In this document: piece by piece, positions 22,505-36,393 of the stretch
Numbering within the stretch: position 1 is the stretch's first letter
Layout of the letters: every line of letters starts with the position of its first letter
Assembly: GCA_032718475.1 (NCBI GenBank)
Contig: JAUCBJ010005258.1
Coordinates: 1-45,119 of the forward strand
DNA length: 45,119 nucleotides
Reading direction: 5' to 3'
Source: Nemertoderma westbladi
Lineage: Eukaryota; Animalia; Xenacoelomorpha
Made by a program: the position numbers and the translations under genes
Notes under the pieces: model-generated
Told to the model about the DNA's origin: nothing
Seen by the model: only the letters and a program-made list of their open reading frames with translations
The model's database searches: none

Positions 22505-23361
22505 GGTCAGGTGGTTGTATGCTCTAATCAGCAAATAAAATATTCCGAAGGCCTATCACAATCGCAGTATAATACAGTAATAGTGTAATACTGTAATAAG
22601 CTACACTTCTTATTACACTATATTGCTATACCCAATACCAGTCTGCCAGTGTATACACTAGCAGACTAGAACTGTAGAACACAACTCTGTAACTGTAACT
22701 GCACTACAGTACTGCAGTACAGTCATGGGTGTATTACTGCTGTACTGTATTAGGCTATTGATTATCAGATTATGGAGGACTGGATGGGTTACGAATTTAC
22801 GATATCAGGATATTATACAGTTATACAGATAAAAATAATACTGAAATACATTACCGGTACCTAATACCAGCATACAGACAGACATTCTTACAGTACATAC
22901 TTCCGTCTGGCAGTCTGGCACGGACAGGTGGTGGCTAGTATTTATTTATTTATTTCACAATTAATATTAAAATTTAAATTGGAAAAACACAGATTAAAAT
23001 ATTAAAATTAAAGGGAGAAAATCACCAAGGTTCCCTTCCGGGAGCACTAATAGGTAACCTAGCATCGGATCGGAATACTCATTTCGAAACCTTTACTAAT
23101 TATACAGTATATATAACGGTAAGTAATTTAAAATTATTGTAATTTATGATGCAATAAACTGATAAAAACGTTATGTAATTACAACAAATAAGCGTACGTA
23201 GTAGCATAAAATAACAAATATGTAACCATGAACAACAGTGTGTGATGAAGCAGATTTTAAAAAATGGGCACAAATGAGAATTTAAAAAAAATGCACATGA
23301 GAGTATATACAAAATAAAAATATTTACAAATGTCTGTCAAAAAGACAGTGTTGCATTAGTT

Positions 23362-23545
23362 CTACGTTACGCAATTTTCTTGAAAAATATTTAAACTGTG
23401 CGCGTTTACAACGTCTGGCGGCAAACTATTCCAAATTGGCACTACTCGGTTTGCAAAACTGTACTTAGTAATCTGGAGTCTATAACGATTTATAAATAAT
23501 TTATAACCATTGCTACGCGTAGAATGACATGATGCAGTAAAAAAT
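23362..23545 (-). mobile_element. 5'-truncated CR1/L2-group LINE fragment (ORF2 C-terminus)
   Basis: STRSNGYKL...KYSFANRVVPIWNSLPPDVVNAHSLNIF resembles the CR1 tail motif TRGH..KL...FFSNRVV..WNSLP..VV.A.SL..F. Confidence 0.75.
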
Positions 23546-24672
23546 GAATTAAAGTAGGTAAGGTACACAGCTGTACAGATTTTCCGCTACCGTACAGCCG
23601 CCGTAATATTACAGTATTAATGCCGTAATGCAGTAATGGCAGTGGCAGAATGGTACCGGTACCGTAATACTGTGGATACGGTTTTTTCCGACCTACAGTA
23701 ATGCTCCAATACCCAACCCCAATCTGCCAATCTACCTTACGACCACGACAGGCGAGTCTGTCGCTATCTCGGTTCCCAGTTCCGGTACTGCTATTAAAAG
23801 TGAAACAGCTACATACAGTAGCACATTCAAGGTCTTTTTGTACGCAATCACGACCTTCTAAAGTTGTAGGTCGTGAGTCCGGTCACGCATTACAAACATC
23901 AGCAAAACAGAGTAAAATGTATCATAATTTATGCAATATATTACAGTTAACCTACTGCTAGAACAGTGATATCTGGCACGTCTGCATGTACAGTACTGCA
24001 GTAGTTGCTAAAACCACAAGCAGAACATTATATCAGAAACTGAAAGTAATTATACCGGTTCTGGTTTGTTCATGCTATAGTTCCAGACAAAACTGCCTTA
24101 TTGGTGTCTGGTTGGTTAATTAATAGCGTCTGACAGGGAGGGAGGAGGCACCCCACCCCACCCGCCTAAAATTATATTTATGGGGGTTTTCGGGGTCGCT
24201 GATTTCATTTCCGATGTCAGTTTTAATATTTGGTGGGATCTAGTCTGCCCGTCGCTAGGTTGTCTGTCTGTCTTGTCTATATTACATTTTGACAGGCAGA
24301 TATTCCATGACAACTAAAAGAGATCTTTCTAAGCGGTTTTAAGATTTGAAATCCGAATGAGATTCGAATTTATAATTACGAACGCCGCGAACATTGATAA
24401 ATTACGGCGTTATTCTAGTGATTTGAGTGGCTTTTGGTACTGCCGCCGTCATTGCCGAACATGTCCTATTAATAACCGTAAAACACAAGTTATAAACAAT
24501 GTAGATTGTTTTTAATGCGTCTTTAATGATAAATTATTATCACTAAGCTCAGCTGAGGACTAAGTAAGTTAAATAGCAGTCTTTCCCTCACATCTTCCAT
24601 TATTTATTTATTTATATTATAATGTGTTTAAATATTCACTTAGTGTTATTGATGCAAACTTTAAACTTTCAG

Positions 24673-24830
24673 TTTTAGGAGATAAAGCGAGTAACTTGTC
24701 GACAATGTCAACGAAATATAAACGCGATGCGCGGAACTTAAACTCCTGGTCTCCCTACCTGAAACTCGGTTCCTTCCTTGTCATCCTTATAGGTGCAGTC
24801 ATTTACTTACGTTTCTGGTGGTTCTCATGA
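24673..24830 (+). CDS. SEC22B: Terminal coding exon of vesicle-trafficking SNARE SEC22B (SNARE C-terminal half plus transmembrane anchor)
   Basis: LGDKASNLSTMSTKYKRDARNLN...YLKL...VIYLRFWW resembles the SEC22B C-terminus; preceded by acceptor ttaaactttcAG (phase 1). Upstream exons were not found in the window. Confidence 0.8.
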
Positions 24831-25813
24831 CGAATTGGTGTTGTCATGGATACGTGTTAATGATTGGGCTATATTTCCACCTCTGGATGTTGAGCTTTGT
24901 TATACTTGTAATTTATTTTATTTATCTAAAGTGTCATCCGTTTATTGAAATATTTATTTTTTGTGCTGGTATGGTGATGATACAATATTATTCGTATTTG
25001 TTTCCCAATTTAATATTGCATTATTGTATAAATATTTTTAAATGAGATCTGTTTTCTAAGAACTAAACAAAGCCAATCCCTGCTACCTACTCTAGACTAA
25101 AGTGGCCGAATAACCTGTTATTTTTTTGGTAATATTTTTATTAGAAAAGTAATGTCCATTACCAAAAAATTATTTAATGGTTTTATTATGAAACAATTTA
25201 TATGGCTAGCTAGCTTATCGCTAGTTTAATAATAAAACAAATATTGCAAATCAACTATTGTTTTTCCCATTAAATTGCAAATAGTTTAATTTAGTAATAA
25301 TTTCGTTTAGTTTAGTAATAGCCTCGGAGTTTAATTGTACGTTTAATTGACCGAATTGTCCGGGACCGAATTCCGGAGGAGGAGAGAAACATAATTCTCA
25401 CAAAAAACAAAATACTATGAAAATTTAATTGCAAATATTTAGCTACTTATTTAACATATTTAATATGTATAAATTCAAGAATAAATTAGCTATTAAATTC
25501 ATTACTTAATTTAATTTGGCCCCTGACAATTCTGTCCTAAAACACTAAATTAATGGGACCGAATTAGGAATTGTCCGGACCATATTGTCCCGGACCATAT
25601 TGCCCCGGACCGAATTGTCCTGCTTCCTTCATTATTCAATAAAATTATGTTCAATCGCAAAAGAGATACCGAAGATATATAATTTCTACCATTTCGATGC
25701 CAAGCAGTGATGAGCCTTGGTTAGTCCTATTAAAACTCTTTTGTACGAAATAAAACTAATCTGACCCCCTTCGAGGATCGAACGTAAGGATCATGTAAAT
25801 TATATAAACCAAC

Positions 25814-28448
25814 ACTGTAGATGAGGGGTGCGGGGGAATAAAACACATACTGTAGATGAGGGGTGCGGGGGAATAAAACACATACTGTAGATGAGGGGTG
25901 CGGGGGAATAAAACACATACTGTAGATGAGGGGTGCGTGGGAATAAAACACATACTGTAGATGAGGGGTGCGGGGGAATAAAACACATACTGTAGATGAG
26001 GGGTGCGGGGGAATAAAACACATACTGTAGATGAGGGGTGCGGGGGAATAAAACACATACTGTAGATGAGGGGTGCGTGGGAATAAAACACATACTGTAG
26101 ATGAGGGGTGCGGGGGAATAAAACACATACTGTAGATGAGGGGTGCGTGGGAATAAAACACATACTGTAGATGAGGGGTGCGGGGGAATAAAACACATAC
26201 TGTAGATGAGGGGTGCGGGGGAATAAAACACATACTGTAGATGAGGGGTGCGGGGGAATAAAATACATACTGTAGATGAGGGGTGCGTGGGAATAAAACA
26301 CATACTGTAGATGAGGGGTGCGTGGGAATAAAACACATACTGTAGATGAGGGGTGCGGGGGAATAAAACACATACTGTAGATGAGGGGTGCGGGGGAATA
26401 AAACACATACTGTAGATGAGGGGTGCGTGGGAATAAAACACATACTGTAGATGAGGGGTGCGTGGGAATAAAACACATACTGTAGATGAGGGGTGCGTGG
26501 GAATAAAACACATACTGTAGATGAGGGGTGCGTGGGAATAAAACACATACTGTAGATGAGGGGTGCGGGGGAATAAAACACATACTGTAGATGAGGGGTG
26601 CGTGGGAATAAAATACATACTGTAGATGAGGGGTGCGTGGGAATAAAATACATACTGTAGATGAGGGGTGCGTGGGAATAAAATACATACTGTAGATGAG
26701 GGGTGCGGGGGAATAAAACACATACTGTAGATGAGGGGTGCGGGGGAATAAAATACATACTGTAGATGAGGGGTGCGTGGGAATAAAACACATACTGTAG
26801 ATGAGGGGTGCGTGGGAATAAAATACATACTGTAGATGAGGGGTGCGGGGGAATAAAACACATACTGTAGATGAGGGGTGCGTGGGAATAAAACACATAC
26901 TGTAGATGAGGGGTGCGTGGGAATAAAACACATACTGTAGATGAGGGGTGCGTGGGAATAAAACACATACTGTAGATGAGGGGTGCGTGGGAATAAAATA
27001 CATACTGTAGATGAGGGGTGCGGGGGAATAAAACACATACTGTAGATGAGGGGTGCGTGGGAATAAAACACATACTGTAGATGAGGGGTGCGGGGGAATA
27101 AAACACATACTGTAGATGAGGGGTGCGGGGGAATAAAATACATACTGTAGATGAGGGGTGCGTGGGAATAAAATACATACTGTAGATGAGGGGTGCGTGG
27201 GAATAAAACACATACTGTAGATGAGGGGTGCGTGGGAATAAAACACATACTGTAGATGAGGGGTGCGTGGGAATAAAACACATACTGTAGATGAGGGGTG
27301 CGGGGGAATAAAATACATACTGTAGATGAGGGGTGCGTGGGAATAAAATACATACTGTAGATGAGGGGTGCGTGGGAATAAAATACATACTGTAGATGAG
27401 GGGTGCGTGGGAATAAAACACATACTGTAGATGAGGGGTGCGGGGGAATAAAATACATACTGTAGATGAGGGGTGCGTGGGAATAAAATACATACTGTAG
27501 ATGAGGGGTGCGGGGGAATAAAACACATACTGTAGATGAGGGGTGCGTGGGAATAAAACACATACTGTAGATGAGGGGTGCGTGGGAATAAAATACATAC
27601 TGTAGATGAGGGGTGCGGGGGAATAAAACACATACTGTAGATGAGGGGTGCGTGGGAATAAAATACATACTGTAGATGAGGGGTGCGGGGGAATAAAATA
27701 CATACTGTAGATGAGGGGTGCGGGGGAATAAAATACATACTGTAGATGAGGGGTGCGGGGGAATAAAACACATACTGTAGATGAGGGGTGCGTGGGAATA
27801 AAACACATACTGTAGATGAGGGGTGCGTGGGAATAAAATACATACTGTAGATGAGGGGTGCGGGGGAATAAAACACATACTGTAGATGAGGGGTGCGTGG
27901 GAATAAAATACATACTGTAGATGAGGGGTGCGGGGGAATAAAACACATACTGTAGATGAGGGGTGCGTGGGAATAAAATACATACTGTAGATGAGGGGTG
28001 CGTGGGAATAAAACACATACTGTAGATGAGGGGTGCGGGGGAATAAAACACATACTGTAGATGAGGGGTGCGGGGGAATAAAACACATACTGTAGATGAG
28101 GGGTGCGGGGGAATAAAACACATACTGTAGATGAGGGGTGCGGGGGAATAAAACACATACTGTAGATGAGGGGTGCGGGGGAATAAAACACATACTGTAG
28201 ATGAGGGGTGCGGGGGAATAAAACACATACTGTAGATGAGGGGTGCGGGGGAATAAAACACATACTGTAGATGAGGGGTGCGGGGGAATAAAACACATAC
28301 TGTAGATGAGGGGTGCGGGGGAATAAAACACATACTGTAGATGAGGGGTGCGTGGGAATAAAATACATACTGTAGATGAGGGGTGCGGGGGAATAAAACA
28401 CATACTGTAGATGAGGGGTGCGGGGGAATAAAACACATACTGTAGATG
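25814..28448. repeat. 35-bp satellite, ~75 copies (resumes at 32304-32417 after a transposon insertion)
   Basis: Unit ACTGTAGATGAGGGGTGCG(G/T)GGGAATAAAA(C/T)ACAT with only two polymorphic positions. Confidence 0.97.
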
Positions 28449-28615
28449 CCCTGCAAACAATTTAACGTTAATAATGCATTAATATACGTTATTTTCTGAC
28501 AATGCCAACGTTAATTATTAACGTTAATAATACATATAAATAACGTTAGTTTGGCCGCCCTTTTAACGTTAAAAATTAACGCAAATTAACGTTAATTTTA
28601 AACGGTAGGTATTTT

Positions 28616-28835
28616 GATCGTCAAAATATATTGTATGTTTAACGTTAAAAAATGACATATTACTGACAATCAGTTTGGATCGTCAAAATATATTGTATGT
28701 TTAACGTTAAAAAATGACATATTACTGACAATCAGTTTGGATCGTCAAAATATATTGTATGTTTAACGTTAAAAAATGACATATTACTGACAATCAGTTT
28801 GGATCGTCAAAATATATTGTATTTAACGTTAAAAA
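28616..28835. repeat. 62-bp tandem repeat, ~3.5 copies, in the subterminal region of the CACTA-like element
   Basis: gatcgtcaaaatatattgtatgtttaacgttaaaaaatgacatattactgacaatcagtttg repeated. Confidence 0.85.
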
Positions 28836-29483
28836 ATTACAAACAACTGACAGTGATAAAAACATAATTATTTCAAATAATCACATATTCCAGACAATTG
28901 CTATTATCTTATCTGGCTCTGTCTAAATTTACATCTTGACGGTCAGACCGGTAGACAGTGATAACTCGAAACAACCTAAGAAGGCATTCTCATATTAAAC
29001 AGTTAGGTTAGGGTGGGTTGACCTCAGGTGAATAATGGAATTAAAAACAATAGTTTAATGACAAGCTTTCTCTCATCGGAGCTACTTCTGGTAATTATTG
29101 AAAATGCATACAACAGATCTCGCCAAACCATTTCCAGATGTGAAATCCTTATTAAATTCTGATGACAAAAAACCGCAAGTCTTGTTGACTTACGGTTTTT
29201 TTGCATAAATTTAAGTAGTTGCGGTCTTTTGTATTGCACTTACTCTGCTGAAACTCAGCTCGAATCTATGATCCTCTCGGTTTATTGTCGCCGTGGTTGC
29301 ATTAAAAATAGCATTCAGAGAATTTACAAATACTATTGTATTTGTTAGCATCAAAATGTGTTGTTATGATTAATATTGATATTAGTAATGATAGATAATC
29401 TATATGTCAATGTCAATGTCCAGCATTCGACGCCACATTTGATCAAGCAAAAATCTAACATTTTTTATGTTCTTCCCGCCCTT

Positions 29484-29560
29484 TTAGTTTGTGTAGTGTT
29501 AATCCGTTGCCTTTAATTAACATCTCTCCAGAGGTCATGGGTTCGATCCCCGCAAAGGGG
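29484..29560 (+). other. tRNA-derived SINE-head remnant
   Basis: GAGGTCATGGGTTCGATCCCCGC is a T-arm/B box; A box degenerate. Confidence 0.35.
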
Positions 29561-29680
29561 TCGGGAGAGTTTTCGTTTCAGGACGAACGCTTTAAAGGGA
29601 CTAGCTAGGGCGCATTTCTCAAGGGCGTCCTTTAATGGGTACTGGAGTATCCTCTGGTGAATAAAAATATGGTAGAATTA

Positions 29681-30207
29681 GGTGGCGTTCATAAAGTATG
29701 TCACGCAAATTTTCCATTTTTTTAACCCCCCCCCCCCCCCTCTCTGTCACAAAAAAACCTATTTTCGTAAATTTATAACCCCCCCCCCCCCCTCCCCCCT
29801 CCCCTAGACGAAAAATATTTTATTTCAGTAATTTAATAACAGTTAGAAAGCACAATAGAAAGTGAAACATTTTGACTGAAGTAGTTCTTACTAAAAGCCT
29901 ATACATACTTTAGCAGCTTCAAACTACAGTACTGTACATGTACAGTACAAGGCAGACTAGACAGGGGTGTCCTGTTAATGTTAGGGATTAAATTCAATGT
30001 TATAGAGTTTATTGTTTTTTCCTTAAAGTTTCCCACTCATCTAGAAATGTGTTAGTCAACGTCAATCTAACATTAAAGCATACCGTAGAGCATCGCCGTG
30101 ACCGTCACAAAGGTCGACACCCCCCCTCCCACCTGTCACAAAATGTCACGCAAGCTCTAACCCCCCCCCCCCCCCCCCAGTGCGTGACATACTTTATGAA
30201 CGCCCCC
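29681..30207. mobile_element. PIF/Harbinger-type MITE nested in the CACTA-like element
   Basis: TIR GG(T/G)GGCGTTCATAAAGTATGTCACGCA; TTA target duplication on both sides. Confidence 0.85.
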
Positions 30208-30745
30208 TTATCTGGAAACAAGTCGTCAGACTTTGTGCGTAATGTTTTCCCTGGCCTAACGGCCGAAGACAACTTTGCCACTTAATATTGACAAAATTAT
30301 ATTGTATTATCTCACAATTAACACATTACGTATGATTAATCAATATTACATATAATAATTATGTATATATAATAATTATGTATATATAATAATTATGTAT
30401 ATATTTTAATTATGTATTAGATATATTAATAATACACGTTATTATCACATTACGATCGATTTTCAAATTGCCAGTTACATACAGTGAAATGTAATTTTGA
30501 ACAAATTCCAGTGTTAAAACCATAAGCTTAAATTCATAATCTCGTATAATTCATCAATGAAAAAATCAATAATTATGTATGGTTTTTTCTTGTATGATAT
30601 TCTGAATTTAATTTCTATAACACTATAAAGTAGGCTTTAGAAATGTGGAATTTTTGGAATTCGGAATTAGAAATTTGTGGAATTTTTATTTATCAATGGG
30701 AGGCTTACATCTATAGTTCAGAGACCCGTAGGTTGCTACCCGACT

Positions 30746-31641
30746 CATCCGTTTCATAAAGTTAACCGAAACGTACATCCAGTTTCATAAAGTTAACCGA
30801 AACGTACATCCAGTTTCATAAAGTTAACCGAAACGTACATCCAGTTTCATAAAGTTAACCGAAACGTACATCCAGTTTCATAAAGTTAACCGAAACGTAC
30901 ATCCACTTTCATATAGTGAACCGAAACGTACATCCAGTTTCATAAAGTGAACCGAAACGTACATCCACTTTCATAAAGTTAACCGAACCGTACATCCAGT
31001 TTCATAAAGTTAACCGAAACGTACATCAGTTTCATAAAGTTAACCGAAACGTACATCCAGTTTCATAAAGTTAACCGAAACGTACATCCACTTTCATAAA
31101 GTTAACCGAAACGTACATCCACTTTCATAAAGTGAACCGAAACGTACATCCAGTTTCATAAAGTTAACCGAAACGTACATCCAGTTTCATAAAGTTAACC
31201 GAAACGTACATCCACTTTCATAAAGTTAACCGAAACGTACATCCATTTTCATAAAGTTAACCGAAACGTACATCCAGTTTCATAAAGTTAACCGAAACGT
31301 ACATCCAGTTTCATAAAGTTAACCGAAACGTACATCCAGTTTCATAAAGTTAACCGAAACGTACATCCACTTTCATAAAGTTAACCGAAACGTACATCCA
31401 CTTTCATAAAGTTAACCGAAACGTACATCCACTTTCATAAAGTTAACCGAAACGTACATCCACTTTCATAAAGTTAACCGAAACGTACATCCACTTTCAT
31501 AAAGTGAACCGAAACGTACATCCATTTTCATAAAGTTAACCGAAACGTACATCCAGTTTCATAAAGTTAACCGAAACGTACATCCACTTTCATAAAGTTA
31601 ACCGAAACGTACATCCAGTTTCATAAAGTTATCCGTAACGT
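30746..31641. repeat. 31-bp minisatellite, ~29 copies, inside the CACTA-like element
   Basis: Unit CATCCA(G/C)TTTCATAAAGTTAACCGAAACGTA. Confidence 0.95.
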
Positions 31642-32687
31642 AATTAGGGCCAAGTTTTTATCGATATATAATATTCATTCATCTTCGCTATCGGCTGCAG
31701 CCCCACTAGCATCTTCTAGATCCTTCTTTCCACCCTTTTTCTACCGTACGCTTACTTACTGTACTTTTATACTGTACGCTTCGTACTGGTACACAGATGC
31801 TGACTAGTAAGGCAAATATTTAAAAATAATATTTAAAAAATTACACAAGTATCAAAAATTTAACAAAATAAGAAATGAACAAAGTCACCGGATGGTCAGC
31901 TAGACATAGATATGTTATCCATTGATGAATCAGTTAAGTGATTCACTAATCATCGTTAAAATCTGATGTATTTTAATGCTAAATTAACGTTAATAATGAA
32001 CGTTAAAAATTAACGTTAAATCAACGTTTAAAAATTTGGAAATGTCAGATCTCTGTTGATTTTTAACGTATAATTACTGTAAAAAATTAACGTTAAAAAT
32101 TAACGTTAAAGTAACTTTAAAAAATATGGTATTGTCCGATATTTGTAAATTTTTGACGTATAATTACTGTAAAAAATTAACGTTAAAAATTGACAGAATT
32201 CTAACGTATTTTAACGTAGGTTTATGGTTAAATTCTAACTGTCATTTTTTAACGAATGTCTAACATAAACCCAACGTTAGATTAACGTTGGTGGTTTGCA
32301 GGGTGAGGGGTGCGTGGGAATAAAACACATACTGTAGATGAGGGGTGCGTGGGAATAAAACACATACTGTAGATGAGGGGTGCGGGGGAATAAAACACAT
32401 ACTGTAGATGAGGGGTGAACCGGTTTTATGAGGTGCAAAATTAACAAAAGTAGGCCTAATCACAGTGCACGGTAGCCTACTTAAAAGCCCCTAAGTTAAT
32501 TTTAATTTTACCTGATAGCAGGAGAACTGGTACTACTTTACATCGTCATAAGTACTGTAGGCTACCTAAAGGCCCTATCTCTATTTTTGCCATTTTACAG
32601 GAGAAGAAAAAACTGTTTATTTTTAGGACATCGTTGCTTAACATTTTTTAAAGATATTTGCTTTAGAAATACAATGATAATATAAAA

Positions 32688-35183
32688 TAAGTAGTTCTTA
32701 TTTATTATCCCTTAGATCGGAAATTATAGTTAATTCCGGATATATCAGAAATAGATATCAAATTTTCGGTGACTTGGATTTAGGGCTTTTTATTTTTGAA
32801 GCGTAATGGAATTTGGGCTTTTTGAACTGTATAGTAGGCCTACAGTACAGTGTACTGTACTGTACAGAGCACAGAAAAACATTATGGGTATGTACGTACA
32901 TTATATTAAAAATTGATTTAGTGGTGCAAAAATATGAAAACCAATTGGAGTTATGTAGGTCTCATTATTTAAACAGCCATATCTCTGTAACACCTAGATT
33001 TGCTGAAACTCTTCAAGAATACCACCACTGGATTGAGCGATATCGATTTAGTGTAATGGTAGAAAAAAATGAAATTCGTTAAAAATGGATTTAGGGCCTT
33101 TACTGTATGTAGGGGGCCTACCTAAGCGACGATATGCAACTAACATTTTTTCATAGTCGGGAAAACTGTATCCCATATGGATGGATGGAAATCCCATATA
33201 TTATCACTATTATTATTTTCGAAACAAATCTGACCCAAAGATAGAGATGAATTACAAAACATCCTAAAATGACCCCTCCCCCGGGTCAAGTACAGTAGGG
33301 TTAAACAATATGCCGGTAGGCCTACTGTACGTACAAAGGCATCTGATGAAAATTATGGTAGTTATCCAATTCTAGATTTGCCAGCGATTATTAGTGGATT
33401 ATAATACTTATCTTATGCTAATAATTTCACAAACCCGCATCTATCGCTGGTAACCCAAATTTAGAAAGCAAACCAATTTCCTCAAGTTGTCTCAGCATAT
33501 TATTGGACGGATCCAGCAGAACTGGTCAGGAGAACTGGATGTTGGACGGATCCAGTAGAACTGGATGTTGGACGGATCCAGTAGAACTGGATGTTGGATG
33601 GATCCAGTAGAACTGGATGTTGGACGGATCCAGCAGAACTGGATGTTGGACGGATCCAGCAGAACTGGATGTTGGACGGATCCAGCAGAACTGGCCAGCA
33701 GAACTAGCTGCTGGCCTTGTCCTTGTTTCTCACACGTGTTTGTTTGTTTGTTTGTGTGTTTATTTGTACAATCAACTTCTGTTGATGGAATTGGATGAAA
33801 CTTTGATGATAGGTTAATTATCGGAACTAGTTGTGTATGCAAGGTTTTGGTTGCGAGGGACCTGTTGGTTGCCTAGCTACGGTGAAATTTATTCTAGAAT
33901 GACCGATCATAATCGTAGAATTCACTCAATAAAAATTCTGTCAGCACCGCATAGGGAGCATCTATTGGACTTCTGGCTTTCTGCAAAATTACGCTTTATT
34001 TCGTTTAGATTTGTGGGAGAAGATACTTTTCTTGCAAACACTATTTTTTTACATACAATTAATTGTAGGTGCAGAGCCGGTACTTTGCCCAATGTTTCGG
34101 TTTTCGTTATTACTGTACTGTAGGCTGCCCTGCATATAGGCGCGTATACTAGGTAGTATTACAACAATAATAATTAGAAGACCGTTAGGACTTCTTACTG
34201 TAAAAGTATTCACCATGTATATGTACAGTACTGTATGTACAGTACAGTACTGTATCTACTGTATATCAGGTGAACTCCGCCGAAGCTATATCTCGTCCGT
34301 CAATGAAAGTTATATCAATCGACGCAGCTCAACCCCAGGATGTGGAAAATAAAGATGAAGAAGAATAAAGAATAAAGAAGAAGAAAAATTTATTAAAGTG
34401 TCTTTTTTTATTTTGAAAAATAGCCCATAACACGAAAATTGCCATCAACCCAACGATTGAAACACCAGCTGCTGGTACTCATGAGAAGAGGCTACAGTAC
34501 TACTGTACTACAGTATTTGAAAGGATAGGCCCAAACTGCAGAGAAGTAGGCCTATATTATTTGCCAAGTTTATTACTACCTCACTCGATCTCAGACAGTA
34601 ATCAAACATCAACTGTTAGTTTGAAACGTATGACCCCGCCAACACCAACTGAATAGGTCTTCCCAGTGAATCATATGGGGATATCTCTAAGGTTATAGGT
34701 TAATAATAATAACATGTAGGCATTGTAGAGGGTGGTATTACTTTCTCTCAGACTGCGGCTGTAAGCGAATATGTTCAATGGGTTGCAGGACACTCCCCAC
34801 CCCCCGGACACTTCCACCCCGGACACTTCCACCCCGGACACTTCCACCCCGGACACTCCCCACCCCCGGACACTCCCCACCCCCGGACAGTTCCCCTCGT
34901 CAAAATGTGTCACCCCCCCCCTCCGAGTTAAAGTGTTAAAATAAATCTGACATCGTAGCAATAGACAAAAGTTAAAGATGGTTACAGGACAAGTTGTATC
35001 CAGACAAGTTGTATATCTAGTCAAGTTTTTTCAAAATTATAAAAGAAACATTTTTATAGTGAAATTTTGTTTCTTTTACTTTTTATTGGGGGCTGCGACC
35101 CCAAAACCCGGCATTTCCCTGTGTGTCCGTGGTAAAAGACTTTAGACCATTTTGAAATAATTAATTCAAGTTTGTATCATCAG
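32688..35183 (+). repeat. 2.5-kb direct duplication, copy 1 (includes a 26-bp minisatellite at ~33505-33695 and CCCCGGACAC repeats at ~34788-34890)
   Basis: Near-identical to 37975-40455, with identical spurious ORFs in both copies. Confidence 0.95.
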
Positions 35184-36393
35184 CTCACCAACAGAGTGCC
35201 ATTGGATCCGATCGGATCCAACACACTCCGACAGCTTCAAACAAGCACAATGCTAACCTACGGAGATTTAGTACTGTTTGATTCTGTTGGGGAAAATATT
35301 TCCAACAAGTTTAGTCTGTTGGAGCCCATCTGAATCTGTCTGAAATCCGTCTGAAAGTGTTTGAAATTTCTGTTGGATGTTGTTGGAAGCTATCTGAAGT
35401 TGTTTGAAGTTGTCTGAAGCTGTTTGAAATTGTCTGAAACTGTTTGAAGTTGTCTGAAGATGTTTGACGCCATCGGAATTTGTTAGAATTTGCCAATGCC
35501 TTACAAAAGCGTAGTTCATTAACAAAATGTCAATCACTTTAACTCTCAATTTGAAGTGATTGTGAGGGTGTGCTATTGTCAATTATAAACCGATACAAAG
35601 ATTTGTTTCATTTAACAATTTTTATTTACATAATTATGTCGTTAATTATATCAATTAATTAACTAGAATGCATAAACGAATAATAAATTCCGATAAATGA
35701 ATATAATAACACCAACACGTTTTTAATTCCTTAATTTAATTAGAAATGTAAATAATGCTATAAATATATTAGTTTCTTTGACGTAGGGCACTAAATACTG
35801 CACATAAACAGATATAAACACAAACAGATTAAGCAAACAGAAAATATAATTACAATGAGTGAAAAAAATATTTTTGATTAATTTTATTAGTTGTATTGAA
35901 AGAGCATCGAAATAGAACAGGTTTGCACGTAATACTTCTAGCCCAACTATTTTTTCGCGCACCTACCCTATTTGAGTAAATTACATTCACACACTCAAAA
36001 GTTATTGCAACTTTAGTCTCTGCAAGGCGAACTTCGAAACGGAACTCCATATCCAATATTGGTTTGTAGTTAAGCGGTTCCCTAGTTACGAAATAAATAT
36101 TCGAGAACAATAAATTATTTAACATTGAGTAAGGCAGCATTTAGGCAGAATTTAGGAACAAACAAGTACCTATTTAAGAATAAAATTACGTATACATGGG
36201 AAAACTTATTTTGAATGTTATCACTACCCTTTAGTAATGATGGGTCGAAAGTCCCCCCTAGCCCTTCACAAGGGAGGGTGGACGTAGGGACGGGGCCCTA
36301 CGTTAGATAGAGAATTGGGAATGTAAAGGCCCTTGTTTTCACGTCACTGCCATGCCATATTATGATGTAATCTATATCCGCCATCTCTGATCT

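Larger units (their letters stand above)
28449..32303. mobile_element. Non-autonomous CACTA/EnSpm(CMC)-like DNA transposon inserted in the satellite
   Basis: TIR CCCTGCAAAC...GTTTGCAGGG, 2-bp TG target duplication (28447-28448 / 32304-32305), many subterminal TTAACGTTAA motifs at both ends; no transposase ORF. Confidence 0.82.

Noticed and set aside
22505-22534. TTG-initiated N-terminal extension of COPS6 in the ORF track
   Set aside because: The ATG at 22504 has strong Kozak context and fits the orthologue length.
25730-28460. Three overlapping 880-908-aa ORFs
   Set aside because: Translation of a stop-free 35-bp satellite; all three frames give the same 35-aa repeat.
29484-29560. Functional tRNA gene (likewise 3395-3456)
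   Set aside because: Only box-like remnants are present; no cloverleaf can be folded.
30746-31641. Tandem hammerhead (retrozyme) array suggested by CCGAAACGTAC
   Set aside because: The unit has no CTGANGA core on either strand.
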